Assembly (NCBI RefSeq): GCF_006345805.1
Contig: NC_043002.1
Location: 21,390,001 to 21,454,000 of the forward strand
Reading direction: 5' to 3'
Source: Octopus sinensis
Taxonomy: Eukaryota
DNA length: 64,000 nucleotides
The notes below the pieces were generated by a model. It did no database searches, was not told where the DNA came from, and worked only from the letters and a program-made list of their open reading frames with translations. This document shows positions 1 to 13,020 of the stretch, one piece after another; position 1 is the stretch's first letter, and every line of letters starts with the position of its first letter. Position numbers and translations under genes: made by a program.

Positions 1-504
1 AAAGAAAGAAAAAATCGTACAATTATGGAAAATTTGTCGGACATTTTGCTCGGGTTGCAAAAACAGCAACAGCAATTGAAAGAACAAAAGCAGCAGCAGC
101 TAAAACTGCAAGAACAACAGCTGAAGCAACAACAACAGCAGATACAACTTCAAGACCAACAACAGAAGCAACAACAACAAATAATATCATAAATAGTATG
201 TCATCAGACACACTATTTATAATAGTATGTTTTCAAAATTTATATATAATGTAACATTTCGAGGTCAAGCAAAAAAGGTAAAACTATATGTGTTAAAAAG
301 TTCACTTAATTTATTCGGCACAGAGTGTATGGAATATTTATAATATGGAATACGGCCATAAGTGTTTTGTGTGGAAATTTAGTCGGTTCAGTCGAAGGTT
401 TAAAATGCAGCTCTGGGATAAAACAGAAAATTGCAGTAAACCAGAGTGGAACACCAGTATGTATGTCATAACGAAATGAAAAACTGCCCACGATAATAAG
501 TAAA

Positions 505-1700
505 CATTGTTCGAAAGTAGATGTACCGTGGTCGAGACTACACATCGACTTCGCTGGTCCTTTAAATGGTTCTTAGTACTTAGTAGTAGTTAACAGTTTC
601 TCGATATGGCCTGAAATTTGTAAGTGTAAAAAACCAACCTCCTCAACTGTGATAAATTTTTTACACGAACTGCTTGCAAGATTTAGCATCCCAGACTAGA
701 TAGTGTCTGACAATAAAAGATAATTTGTGTCTGTTGAATTTTAAATTTTTTGTGAAATGTTCGTGGTAGAGCATATAGCTACTGCACCATACCGTTCTAG
801 ATAGAACGGACAGGCAGAACTCTTTGTCAATACCTTCAAGAGGTCTCTAAGAAAGACGAGTGAGGGCGCGTGGCTTAGTGGTTAGGGCATTCGGCTCATG
901 ATCGTAAGGTTGTGAGTTCGATTCCCAGCGACGCGTTGTGTCCCTGAGCAAGACACTTTATTTCACGTTGCTCCAGTCCACTCAGCTGGCAAAAATGAGT
1001 TGTACTTGTATTTCAAAGGGTCAGCCTTGTCACTCTCTGTGTCACGCTGATTTTCCCCGAGAACTACGTTAAGGGTACACGTGTCTGTGGAATGCTCAGC
1101 CATTTGCACGTTAATTTCACGAGCAAGCTGTTCCGTTGATCGTATCAGCTGGGACCCTCGTCGTCGTAACCGGCGGAGTCTTTTTTTTAAGAAAGACGAA
1201 TAAGGAAGTCACTGATGAGGTAGCTCTACAACAGTTTTTAAAAGTGTACTGTGTGACACTAAATCCGAATACACCAACAGGTAAATCACCTGCGGAGCTG
1301 ATGTTTGCGAGGAAAGTAAAATCAGTCTTCCATAAATTGCTACCAGGCAAGAAGAGAAAAAGTGCCAGGGAAAATTTAGGAACATTCTTAAAAGTTGGTG
1401 AAACGGTGTATATGAGGGCATACAAGAAAGGAAAGCAGAGTTGGGAAGATGACGTAATTACTAAATGCATAGGTAAAATGAAGTATTGGGTAAAAAGTAG
1501 AAAAGGCATACAAAAGAGACACGGAAACCAACTGAAAAATAGATTCGTAGAAAGCGAACCAAAGAAGTTGGAGAACCAACCGAATGGTTGTACGATACAT
1601 TCCAAGTACCAACGCCACTGCAGGTGATTGAACCCAGGTGTACAAGTGAAAGCAAAAGGAAACATACAGAGTTCCTGAAAACAGATGCCAAGTGCAAAAA
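505..1700 (+). pseudogene. Decayed Ty3/Gypsy (K02A2.6-like) retrotransposon integrase
   Basis: Manual translation from ~526 gives PWSRLHIDFAGPLNGS*YLVVVNSFSIWPEI...LHELLARFSIPD*IVSDN...PYRSR*NGQAELFVNTFKRSLRK. After the SINE it continues as ALQQFLKVY...TPTGKSPAELMFARK. Several in-frame stops. Confidence 0.9.
863..1188 (+). mobile_element. tRNA-derived SINE inserted in the integrase
   Basis: A-box TGGCTTAGTGG, B-box GTTCGATTC and a T tail. Flanked by a ~17-bp TSD, aagaaagacga(g/a)t(g/a)agg, at 849-865 and 1189-1205. Confidence 0.9.
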
Positions 1701-1808
1701 ATATTCAATTGTTCGAGATAAAAAAAACTAAAAAAGAGAAGGTGGAGTGAATGAAAAAAATTATTGCTAAATAAAAAGACACTTCCTAAGAAAAACTTAA
1801 AAGGGAGA

Positions 1809-1995
1809 TGTTGGAGGGAGTTAGCAATAATGATACACCCCTTCTACGTGACGAATGGAATAATTTAGTCGTTATAAGTGAAAAAAGAAGTACGTGAAGT
1901 ACCAGAGTGGAGTACATAGTAGGGGGTCAGAGATAGTCTTTACTGCTTCTACTAAGTATACTGTATACCGAAGTGGGCGTTATATCAATCCAACA
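1809..1995 (+). mobile_element. 3' LTR of the Gypsy element
   Basis: Polypurine tract AAAAGGGAGA directly precedes TGTTGGA; the segment ends TCCAACA (7-bp terminal inverted repeat, TG...CA). Confidence 0.7.
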
Positions 1996-2099
1996 TGTTA
2001 AGGATTATAACAACTATTCTCCTCGAAGTAATCCAGAATGATAGATATCAGTATTTCGCCATTATTGTGGCTTATAAATACAATTTACTCGGATCATCC

Positions 2100-2850
2100 C
2101 GAAACGAAATAAATCGCTGATCTGGGACTTGAACACATTAATGAATACACTTCACTTTATAGGCATATCAGTTCCAGACCAGAGACTTATCTCGGACATA
2201 TCACGCAGAATATTTTGCTCGTTTGGTGTTAGTAACTTGACATGCCGATCCCAGCATCCAACAGCTCCGATAGCCAGTGAGCTGGGACGCTAGTATAAAT
2301 ATTGGTACAGCTAATGTGACCAGGATATTCACTATTTTTTAGTGCGATTAGTGATTGCTTATTTTCTTGTGCAAGGGGGGATGTCACCAATATCACACTA
2401 GCTTTATATTTTACTGACTGAAATTAGCAAGTAGCCTGTATAACTTCCTCTTCCGCTTGCAGAGAGCTGTCAAATCACTTTACTGAGTGACTATAATATT
2501 TAGGACAAAGATCGCCTAAAATATCAAAACAATACGAAGTCTCTTTAATGTTGGGTGGCTTTAATGCAAGAATTCGGTGGAATAAAAGAATTGGTACCTA
2601 CGAATTTCAGACTTCATGAGTGTAGTGCATGAGCTCTGATGGCGCTGGTGACGCCTTGTGGATGTTGACGTTACTGGCGCTTTCGTTCATCAGAAAGACA
2701 AACACAAGACCCGATCGAAACATTGACGCCTTCTTGACTATATCATGGTCAGGAAGGTAACTTTAATAGGCACCCGAAAAAAGAAAGAAACTGAATGCTG
2801 AACAGACCGACTACGGTCAGATTGTAAATGTATTTCTGAATGAGCTCAAG
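2100..2850 (+). mobile_element. Decayed RTE-type LINE, APE endonuclease region
   Basis: Frame-broken motifs LGGFNARI (GDFNAR-like, ~2550) and H*RLLDYIMVR (HWHLIDYIIVR-like, ~2720). Confidence 0.6.
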
Positions 2851-3056
2851 TATCACCAAGTATCAAACAGTTCAATTGCTGCAAGATCAATAATCCCCAT
2901 ATTTTAAGGACTTTATTCACCTTCAAACTTCGCCGACGTCGATTTTGCTTTTCATTTTCGCAGGGTCGATAAAATAAATACCAGTCGAGTACTGTGGGGT
3001 CGGTGTAATCCACTAACTTCACACCCCCAAAATTGCTGAAACCATTATTATATAGA

Positions 3057-3217
3057 GGCAGGAGCGGCTGTGTGGTAAGTAGTTTTATTACGAACCACAT
3101 GGTTCCGGGTTCAGTCCCGCTGCGTGGCACCTTGGGCAACTTTCTTCTACTATAGCCTCGGGCCGACCAAAGCCTTGTGAGTGGATTTGGTAGACGGAAA
3201 CTGAAAGAAGCCCGTCG

Positions 3218-3257
<40 letters not shown>

Positions 3258-3490
3258 TGTGTGTGTGTCTCTGTGTGTCTGTGTGTCTGTGTGTGTGTCT
3301 GTGTTTGTCCTCCCAACATCGCTTGACAACAGATGCTGGTGTGTTTACGTCACCGTCACTCAGCGGTTCGGCAAGAGAAACCGATAGAATAAGTACTAAG
3401 CTTACAAAGAATAAATCCTGGGGTCGATTTGCTCGGCTAAAGACGGTGCTCTAGCATGGTCGCAGTCAAGTGACTGAAACAAATAAAGGA
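3057..3490 (+). mobile_element. Abundant tRNA-derived SINE (family A, CORE-like) with internal (TG)/(TA) microsatellite
   Basis: Head GGAG(C/T)GGCTGTGTGGTAAG...GGTTCAGTCCC, core ACCTTGGGCAA, tail ...GACTGAAACAA. Further copies at ~10788-10940(+), 12330-12515, 13430-13600(-), 20080-20445(-), 20926-21356(+), 53176-53550(+), 53572-53730(-), 57091-57498(+), 59910-60308(+), 61755-62360(-). Confidence 0.9.
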
Positions 3491-3780
3491 ATCTCGATGT
3501 GAAAATGTGCAGATAAATCACAGGAATTTCGACGGTTAAGAATGAGGATAGTCTCACTAGTTTCGTCTCTCATGACACTTATCAGGGATCGCTTAACTCG
3601 TCTTTCACAAGTCGAACCGCCAAAGCCCCTATAGTTTATCTATAGTCTCATTTTCACAGTAAGATTAAGATACATCTTTATTAACATATTTCTATGATTA
3701 ACACACACGCACGCGCGGAACACAGCATAGCACACAAACGCACATGTATACGCATACATGCATATATAAAAAATGAATAC

Positions 3781-4028
3781 GCCCCTTTTAAAGCCTAGCC
3801 AGGCTCATGGGCCCGGTTTCCCCGGTTTCAATGGCGTATGTGTTCCCCAGCTGGACGGGACGCCAGTCCATCGCAGCGTTACTCATTTTTGCTAGCTGAG
3901 TGGACTGGAGCAACGTGAAATGAAGTATTTTGCTCAAGAACACAACGCGTCGCCCGGTCCAAGAATCGAAACCACAATCTTACGATCATAATGCTGACAC
4001 CTTAACCACTAAGCCACGCGCCTCCACA
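3781..4028 (-). mobile_element. tRNA-derived SINE sharing the head of the 863 SINE, with a V-domain-like body
   Basis: Reverse complement starts GGAGGCGCGTGGCTTAGTGGTTAAGG and contains GATGGACTGGCGTCCCGTCCAG. A degenerate copy lies at ~58418-58620(+). Confidence 0.8.
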
Positions 4029-4341
4029 CATCCGTATATATATACATATGATAAAATAAATTCAAATAAAATTGATCGAAAATAAACCCGGTTTTAGTAT
4101 GGTGTTTGAATGGAAGAGTTTGTGGGGTTGTGTTGATGGAGAAGATAACTAGATGAAGGGGTCAAGCTATGGTAACTCATTATTAAATGTTGAATATGTT
4201 TCAACTTGCTCCAATGAAAAACCTACTATGATATTCATTATTGATGATGTTATTGTTTGATTGACATACGATCAAAGCCTTTCCTGTTATGACCATATCG
4301 TCTTTTATCACACAGAATGTATCTAGAAATTTATTATTTAA

Positions 4342-5175
4342 CTAGCAGCATAGCCCGGCGTTGCCCGGGTATGTAAGAGCCCCTAGTAGGCAACGACTAA
4401 TCCCAATCTAGTCCTTTCCCCCTCGGGAACGAAGGCGCATGTGTAGGTTGCAATGTCTTCTCTTCACTCGAATACTTCTGTGTATACGATGTTCCTAACT
4501 GTCCCTTTGGGCGAAAACATGAAAACATCATTGCGCCTCCCAAGACAGTTAAAAAGGTCGAGTTGCGTCCCCTAGACAGTCTGTGGTTTGTGCTTAATAC
4601 ACAAATCGGTTTGCTATGTGTGCCACATATGATTTAATTAATTTTTTCCAGTAATAAAGTATCCTATTGGAATAAAAAGGGCCATATAGCTCCTTGGAGC
4701 GGACATGATGCTCGCTGTGAATTTAAAAAAAAATTCCTGCCAATTTGTGAAAGATATTGTCGAAAATATGTCATCTTGAATTTGAACGCGATTTCCTAAA
4801 ATGGCATGATTTTATCGATTTTTCTGATGGTAACGTATTGCATGGAAAACTAACGTCAGAATTAAGTTTCTTGGGGTAACATTAAGCTTCACCATGAGTT
4901 TGGTGAAAATCGATTGCAAGTTGCGAAAACTACAACAGAAAATGTGTTGCAAATAAAAAGCTTAGGTTCTCGACCCCATGTCGAATTTATCGATTTTTTT
5001 CAGAACTGGGGGAACTTTTCAAAGTTTTCGCTGCGTTAGTTTTGAATTGTGACATTGGGCTATGTGTGTGTCAAGTTTCATCAGAATCGGTTGAAAGCCG
5101 TGGTCAGGGTGAGGGTACAACCTGACAGACACACAGACACACAGACAGACAAACTGCCGTTTATATATAGAGAGA
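4342..5175 (-). mobile_element. Non-autonomous Helitron
   Basis: On the minus strand: 5' TCTCTCTATATATAA and a 3' hairpin CCCGGGCAACGCCGGG shortly before the terminal CTAG; inserted at A|T with no TSD. Confidence 0.85.
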
Positions 5176-5279
5176 TGAGCCCTTTCTTTTAAAATGGTTG
5201 GGTGAAAGTTGGATGGGACTTGACCGCAGTTTCTAGCACGCTGAGCGACTACAGAGAGACTGTCTCTGCCTCTTCGATG

Positions 5280-5311
<32 letters not shown>

Positions 5312-5399
5312 GTTATTGTTGTTGTTGTTGTTGTTGTTGTTGTTCTTCTTCTTCTTCTTCTTCTTCTTCTTCTTCTTCTTCTCTAAAAGTTGACCTTTT

Positions 5400-7080
5400 T
5401 GTGTTGAAGTGTTGTTTAGACACATATAGCTCTGGTCTAAGTGCGTTTCAACTATGACTATCCCAGGTTTTTCAGGAAATGTTTCAAGGATTACATTGTG
5501 TCTTGATATAATAAGTGATACTCGTAAGAACATGCTGGTATGGTTTGATGTTTAGGCTTCATTTTAATTGTCTTAAGTTTCTCTATTACAAAGAAATTTT
5601 GTGTGTGTAAAGACAGGACGTGTATTTGAGCATATATTTGGTGTTATACATGTGTGTATATGCGTATATGTTTGTTAGAATGTGATAGATTGATGTAGTG
5701 TGTGTGTTTCTTAAGTGTAGTGCATGGTGTATTTGGAAAAGCAGTTAAAGGAACGTAAGATGACGGTTTAACCCGTAGGATAAAAAAATTTCCAAGAAGA
5801 AATAAACATGTCCTAGTTCGTTTCGAGTTAAGGTGGGGGCGAGGATTCGGCATTCAAGGTAAGCCCGAAAACGAAGAGGCGCTTGGTAACAGAGTTAGTT
5901 CACTGAGTGGAGATGATGGGCGATGGAGGACCTGTTGTTGAGTTACATATCTCCGGGATACTCAAAGAATCTGTTTGACTTATCTTCGGCCATTTATCCA
6001 TTGCACATCGACTCCCATTATTTAAATAATATATGAGGTACGTGAGAAGAAGAATTAAAACGGAAATTTTGCTGATAATGGGTGAATTTAGAATTTATTA
6101 AATAATCGTTTATTTAAACATTTTTATTCTTTATTTTTTTTTCGTTGTACCAATATATAAACTCTCAATAAAAGTAGACAAAATCCAACAATTTCATCTT
6201 TAGTAAATTAGAATTCCACTATAATTAAGCTAAAATTAATAGGGTGCCCATATATGTTTTAAAGATCTTAAAATATATAATTTAAGATATATTTATTTTC
6301 AATGAATACATACGAATTTAAAACTAAGATTTACCTATTCTGGCTGAATGTTAGATTTACATATCATGAAAGACATAATTCTTTTGAAGTAATAGTTAAG
6401 ACCGCTGGTGTTTGATACCAATGTAGATTTATGGTAAATTAATTGGTACGGAAAGCTCTTACAAATTCTAACAGAAATCTATAAGTATTAATTTTCTCTC
6501 CATTATCCACACTTAAATACGGGATTGTAAACCATGTCTTAGTAAATGTGATGCTTAAACTATACTTATTAAAAACCAAGCGTAGCTTGCGAGTTTTGAG
6601 ATATTCCATTTTACGATGTTTCTGAAGGAGGCGGTGTGATTTTAAAATCGTAATTTGCTCATTCAGACGATCTGACGTATCGTTGAAAGTTGGTGTTACG
6701 GCTTGCATTCGTAGGTCTGACCTCTACCTCATAAATGATAACCTCGGTGTTATATGACCTATCCAGCGGGTATAATGTAGAGTTCCTACATAAATATCCG
6801 TGGTTATGTTTAGTTTATGTGATATAATTTGGTTCATGTTATGGGTGCAGCTATAAGTAGTCTTCATTGCATATCTATTGAACAATTTCATGTATTTGTA
6901 CTCAGATAGTAAATGTCTATTAAATATATTTAAAGATTTTGTTTAAATTTGACCTAACATTGCGTGAGAAAATGGGTGCAGATCAAATTATTCCCCCGCA
7001 ACACGTTCTCTTGGTGGTGCCCCGAAAGAAGTTGTTGGTGAACTTAACTTTGAACACATTGATTTCAAAGGCATCGTTGT
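5400..7080 (-). mobile_element. Decayed Penelope-like retroelement fragments (RT thumb/linker and GIY-YIG region)
   Basis: Minus-strand translations: LNIFNRHLLSEYKYMKLFNRYAMKTTYSCTHNMNQIISH (~6815-6930), TWFTIPY...RFLLEFVRAF (6450-6540), ESLYIGT (6147-6166), IISRHN (~5495). These resemble the WFNPP...FNRNTVKxSYSC..N...II..HN...YIG signature of PLEs. Confidence 0.65.
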
Positions 7081-7129
7081 AGTAAGGTGTTGCTCTGTAG
7101 AGAAACCTCTGCAGAATGACAGGTTAGGT

Positions 7130-7400
7130 ATACACTTATGAGTGCTTAATGCTACAACTTGCAGTTAAAAGATAGAGACACAACATATGATGCCAGTTAC
7201 TTAGAAGATCACAAAAAAAGCCAAACTACAATAAATGCATCCAGGGTATGTAAGTTCTGCATTGCTGAAAAAGCATCATTTTCAAGAACTTAAGAAACCC
7301 AGAGTTGAAATTAAATGCTAACACAAGTATTTCAGTCTCTGCAGACACGAGAAAAAATTCATATTCAGAAACTGGATACACGCTTATAAGCCTCTAAGGA
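7130..7400 (+). mobile_element. Penelope-like endonuclease C-terminal fragment, inverted relative to the upstream fragments
   Basis: RVCKFCIAEK...(frameshift)...YFSLCRHEKKF matches the CxxCxxEK...CRH PLE C-terminus. Confidence 0.6.
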
Positions 7401-7738
7401 GCCTGACTGCGACCCCTTAGTCCCAGAAAAATGGTACGTCTTTCTCTGTAAAATATTTTCTCATCATTTTCCAAATCTTTTCCAGTTTTTTCCCAAAATT
7501 TTCCCAAGTTTTTCGGTACTTTATGGGGGACGGGATTTTCTCGAAAATACCTTTCCTCCTCTTCCAACTCTCTCCCTTCCTCCTCGTTTCCTTTCTCCCC
7601 CTCTCTCTCTTTATCTGAGGTTTATGTGGGTGTGTATTTTATATATCGTATCTATATGAATGCATGTGGTTGGGTGTGTCTGTGTCGGTATGTGTATGTA
7701 TGTGTATATATGCTTGTGTGTATATACTCGTGTGTGTT

Positions 7739-7778
<40 letters not shown>

Positions 7779-8489
7779 ATACGTTTGTATAAATACATAT
7801 ATATATGTGTGTGTGTGCACGCCGGTGTGCACGTGTGTGCGCAAATGTGTGTTGCATACCCGAAAACAACTGAAAAGAGATGCGTGTGTGTTGCATATCT
7901 GCAAAATACAACTGTAATGCAGCAACAGTGTTGACTCCCTGATATACAGTTCTTTCACTCCTTTATTTCATCTTATATTGTTTTCTAGTTTCAATTTCTA
8001 GTATGCATGCTCTCTTGAGCAGACACGAGAGACGAACTCTGGTCACATGTAACAGTTGCTTAAAGTTATCCAACATTTTCAATCTCCTATTTGATCTCAG
8101 AACATAAGGATTCATCCCTGGTGACAGAACTGCTAGAATATACTCAAAAGCCTATCAAATTTGGTTCCTTGAGCAAATATATTAGGTTCCACATATAGCT
8201 TATCTAGAACAGGTGTAAACATCACCTTAAATTTCTTCAGGTTTATTTTGTTGAGTCTAAAAGTAGTTCAGGCACCGGAGAAGGGATTCGTCTTTCTTTT
8301 TTTTTTAGTACTTTGGTCTTAATGAATCATCAGAGAACCAATAATGACCTAACATTGGTGATGCCCTGGTTGAAGATACTGATGAACTTATCTTTCAACT
8401 CACTGACCATCACAACTGCAAAGACCGAAATTGTGACGATCTGTAGTATTTAACATGCTGAGAGTGGTTAATACCTGATGACAACAAGG

Positions 8490-8660
8490 TCTGAAATTAG
8501 CGAGGAAGGTGCTAGTCTATTACATTGACCCCATTGCTCAATTGGTATTTATTTTATCGATCTCAAAAGGATGAAAGGCAAAGTCAACCACGGCGGAAAT
8601 GAGCAAGAAAACAGACGAAATTGCCCGGCGTGCTAACGCTTCTGCCAGCTCGCCGCCTTA
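8490..8660 (-). mobile_element. tRNA-derived SINE family B (Nin/Deu-domain-like)
   Basis: Consensus head GGCGGCGAGCTGGCAGA and core GTCGACTTTGCCTTTCATCCTTTCGGGGTCGATAAA. Other copies at ~13845-14043(-), 32230-32435(-), 39310-40720(-, array), 45037-45260(+), 46534-46757(+), 51071-51305(+). Confidence 0.85.
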
Positions 8661-8988
8661 ATTTGTTCAATAATAGTATGTAATATTTTCGCTTTCTCTC
8701 TTGGTTTGTGTCTGATATAATTAGTTTTTACCATTCTTAGTAATTCCTAATTGGTTTTGTGTTCTGTCCTCGAGATTCTCAAAGGTTTTCTATATTCTTA
8801 CTTCTCAAAGACTTTTAATACATTTGATGTAGTCAATCAGCCATCACTCGTGAGCGAGTATGACTTAGTAACTTACATGTATTATGATTTTGCTAATTGT
8901 TATAGGTGCCTATGTAGTTGCCAGCATAGACACCTTCACTGGCCTCAAACTTTGGATCTAGTGAAGCATCCAAGATGTAATATCTGGC

Positions 8989-9102
<114 letters not shown>

Positions 9103-9569
9103 CACACCAACAACCGGCTACTATTCATTACAATTATGTAAGCTTGGGCATCGTGAAATGGGGGGTCTTGTTCCAGAACACAACGCGCTACTCGGCTCAA
9201 GAATTGAACCTGCAACCAGGGCCGCTTTAGCAGCATTATAGGCCCCCGAGCAAATCAATGTACAGGACCATTTAGTATTTATTGACAGACAGCCATAACA
9301 TACATAAATCAGAGTCGGGCCTCATGACTCGTGACGCCCCTCGGCATTTGGTCCAGTGTACACATGCCTTTAGACGGACTGCCTACACATGCCTTAAGAC
9401 GGACTGCCTACACTAGCGTAGCTAGAGTGTGTGCCGCCCGGGGTGCGAACATTTTTTCCCACGGGAGTAATGAACTCATTTGCATACAACCAATCAGAGC
9501 AGAGCCACTTTTATCCTTTCTTCCTTTCTAGTCAGCACTGTGCATTCCTTACTCTTTCCCTCTCTACTG

Positions 9570-9840
9570 GTAGACAGCAACTATTCCGTCCTCTAACTAC
9601 CTGTCTGGCAAACGAATAAATATATGTTAATAATATTTCTTCCTTCTTGGTGTTGATCTTTCGGTGTTCTCTGGTTACTCCGACGTTGGCATAATAATAC
9701 ACTTGCCCAAACTGAATTGTTGGAGTTATTTCATTTTTTCCAGAAAAATATATTTAAAAAGTTATAGAGGTTTAAAGTTCAATCATTTTCACCTAGTCAG
9801 GAAACGGGATTTGGAAGCTGTCATTTTGTGCATGACTGTA
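9570..9840. repeat. Dispersed ~270-bp repeat (probable DNA-transposon internal segment), second copy at 13027-13360
   Basis: Clear alignment agacagcaact...gtcctctaactacctgtc...cttcttggtgttgatctttcggtg...ggaagctgtca. The second copy has a ~60-bp insert flanked by aactacct. Confidence 0.8.
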
Positions 9841-9936
9841 CATTTTGTCGTCAACATCTTGAAAATACTTACATTTCTTATATTTTCCGTGAATTTTTCA
9901 CAGGTCCAGCTAGTTATAATAAATAGATCTATAATT

Positions 9937-10414
9937 GGATCTTTTCGGTTTGAACGGCAGTTTTTAACATAATTTCTGGGTAACTAAAAAATTTTAAACT
10001 TCGTATACTGGTAGAATGGCAGTTTTTTCTAGCTGTGTCATATGAAATTGTCACCCATAATTATGACCCTAGTATCGATCTATTGCATTTCAATCTGTTT
10101 TAGATTTAGGGTTAGTTAGGGTTAATTAGGGTTAGGGTTAGGGGTGGGGGAAGGGTATCTTTTTTTCTTCACAAATGTAAATAAACCCAATGTGTTTCTT
10201 AAACGAGGGAATATTCATACGGCGCAGAATGCTTTCACCTCAATAGACGGTCTTGATTGGTTAAAATTGCCGAAATGCAAGACATTAAAGACGAAATATG
10301 TTACAAACTACAGAATTTTCTCAAGAAAGCCAAGATGCTTTATAAACACATTCTACCAGTATACGAAATTTAAAATTTTTTAGTTAAAAACTGACGTTCA
10401 AATCGAAAAGATCC
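9937..10414. mobile_element. MITE with ~33-bp TIRs, GG...CC ends and an 8-bp TSD (Merlin- or MULE-like)
   Basis: GGATCTTTTCGGTTTGAACGGCAGTTTTTTAAC pairs with GTTAAAAACTGACGTTCAAATCGAAAAGATCC; TSD CTATAATT at 9929-9936 and 10415-10422; internal (TTAGGG)n-like tract at 10106-10143. Confidence 0.85.
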
Positions 10415-10989
10415 CTATAATTTACTACTAATAATATAATAGTACTCAGCGAAATTTTTTAGTACTCAAACATTTTTGTGACTTTGGCGGTGGGGGATCT
10501 TTTCTGTTTGGTTGCCAGCGTCAATTTTCTGTTCGAATTGATTTCAGTGTAATGATACACTTTTATAGGCTAATTAATGAAGTGAAAGTAATTTTTGTTA
10601 TAAATCAATAAATAAAGAGTTATTGTTATTAGTAATTAAAGTTTGAAAATGTTGGTAATTTTAGTCAATCGTAAGCCACAGACGCATTCATGTTTTTCTT
10701 TTTTAAATTAACATAAACATTTATTTACATGAAAGAAAATTACCAGAGAAAAAAAAATAACAGCCAAATAAGATTTATTTACACGAAAGTGGCCGTGTGG
10801 TAAGTAGCTTGCTTACGAACTACAGGGTTCAATCCCACTGCTTGGCACCTTGGGCAAGTGTCTTCTACTATAGCCTCGGGTCAACCAAAGCCTTGTGAGT
10901 GGATTTGGTAGACAGAAACTGAAAGAAGCCCGTCGTATGTATGTATATATGTATGTATGTATATATCACCGTGTATGTATGTATGTATA

Positions 10990-11272
10990 TATCAGATGTT
11001 GCTACACATCGCTGGTCACAATGCGCTTCGCATTGTTTTAGCCTTCAAATGACGCCACCCCGCTGGCTAAGCGAGCAGGCCAACAGAAGAAAGAGTGAGA
11101 GAAAGTTGTGGCGAAAGAGTACAGCAGGGATCGCCACCATCCCCTGCCGGAGCCTCGTGGAGCTTAGGTGTTTTCGCTCAATAAACACTCACAACGCCTG
11201 GTCTGGGAATCGAAACCGCGATCCTACGACCGCGAGTCCGCTGCCCTAACCACTGGGCCATTGCGCCTCCAC
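10990..11272 (-). mobile_element. tRNA-derived SINE (Arg-like head) nested in the microsatellite of a family-A SINE
   Basis: Reverse complement starts GGAGGCGCAATGGCCCAGTGGTTAGGGCAGCGGACTCGCGGTCGTAGGATCGCGGTTTCGATTCCC. Confidence 0.8.
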
Positions 11273-11280
11273 TGTATGTA

Positions 11281-11367
<87 letters not shown>

Positions 11368-11380
11368 TATATATATATAT

Positions 11381-11411
<31 letters not shown>

Positions 11412-11416
<5 letters not shown>

Positions 11417-11901
11417 GTTTAGTCGCCGACGACCCGACCAAGCTTGCTTGGTGAGGAGGGTGTTTACTGGACACCCTGCGGGATGAAAAACAAAACCCAT
11501 CAAAGGCGGAGGAATTCTTGAGAGTCAACGGCCATCCAATAAATGTCTTAAGGCTGTATCATGCGCGGGGACATAGAAATAATCGGACTGAATACCCGAT
11601 CGCGCGGTTAAACCATTGGGAGTGAAGGACTCCTAGCCTTCGTTAGGGCATCCTTCTAGGAGAAGGTAACTCAGGTAACTGGGATAACTCCGACATAAAA
11701 CCTGCGGGTCAGTGGTTACCGATGATGCTGACTTGTTCTTCTTTTCGGATTATGGCTGCTGTTGCTTAGTGAGTGGGATTGACTCTGTGCACAGCCTTTC
11801 CTCACTTTAAAAAAAATCATCTTGCACAGGCATTGCACGATAACAGCATAGATTAAGCTTCGTGCAATGGCCATACTCGATAACGAGGGGGCAGCCACCA
11901 T
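11412..11901 (+). mobile_element. ~490-bp non-autonomous retroelement (probably RTE-derived), copy 1
   Basis: Highly similar to the inverted copy at 17528-18027; ends ...GGCCATACTCGATAACGAGGGGGCAGCCACCA; embedded in (TA)n. Confidence 0.75.
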
Positions 11902-12251
11902 ACATATATATATATATATATATATAGTTAGGGGTTGTGGGTCCAACCCACAAAGGGATAATATCTATCCAATATACTGTTGGTATAATACCCAATTATT
12001 AATACACAAGTGTTTTTAGTTACATTGCAATTAACTTACCTATTGTATTAAATGGGTGAAGGCAAAGAAATATTTTGCCATTAATTTATATTGCAAATAA
12101 GAAAATGGAGAAGAACAACAGTTGGTTATAGAATAATATACTATATGTATGTATGTTATTATGGTTGTCGTTTTGATAAATAAATAAGTTAACATTTTAA
12201 TGTCCTAAAGTTGATGAACAAACTATTGTGCTTCTCCATTTTCTTATTTGC

Positions 12252-12355
<104 letters not shown>

Positions 12356-12513
12356 TGTATGTATGTATATGTTTGCGTGTCTGTGTTTGTCCCCCCAACA
12401 TCGCTTGACAACCGATGCTGATGTGTTTACGTCTCCGTAACTTTGCGGTTCGGCAAAAAAGACTGATAGAATAAGTACTAGTCGATGAGCTCGACTAAAG
12501 GCGGTGCTCCAGC

Positions 12514-12578
<65 letters not shown>

Positions 12579-12629
12579 GAATAAAAAGTATGTAAAGTCA
12601 TGGTCGCATGACTTTTTAAAAAGCAGAAG

Positions 12630-13020
12630 TCAGACAGTTGCAGCCAATGGTGCTCTCTATGGGGAGACATCAATTCTCAGCAGAGTCCCTCAAAGAACTC
12701 TACCTGGACCACTACAGCTTGTGGTGGCTCTCTCAAACATACTCTCAGCTATACACTCAGCTACTCTCACCACCTGTGCTGATGATACAAAAGTATCACA
12801 AGCAATCAAAGACCCTGATGCAATGCTAAAACTGAAAATGAACCCGCATCAGTTTACAAATGAGCTGATAAAAATAATATGCAGTTCAATCCTGATAAAT
12901 TTCAAGCACTCTACTATCGGCCCACAAACAGGCTACAATCGGAATACACAGGACCAGTGGGTCGTGCAGTCGTGCAGTCCCACGGTCAGAGTCGGTGCGT
13001 GACCTGAGGATCCACATGAG
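12630..13020 (+). mobile_element. CR1/L2-like LINE reverse-transcriptase remnant
   Basis: SRVPQRTLPGPLQLVVALSNI...CADDTKV resembles SGVPQGTVLGP...FADDTK. Confidence 0.8.

Noticed and set aside
863-935. tRNA gene (also other A/B-box heads)
   Set aside because: The heads run into SINE bodies with TSDs and lack a complete cloverleaf.
1136-1627. 163-aa ORF as an intact gene
   Set aside because: Chimera of the SINE tail and the integrase C-terminus; the upstream catalytic core has multiple stops.
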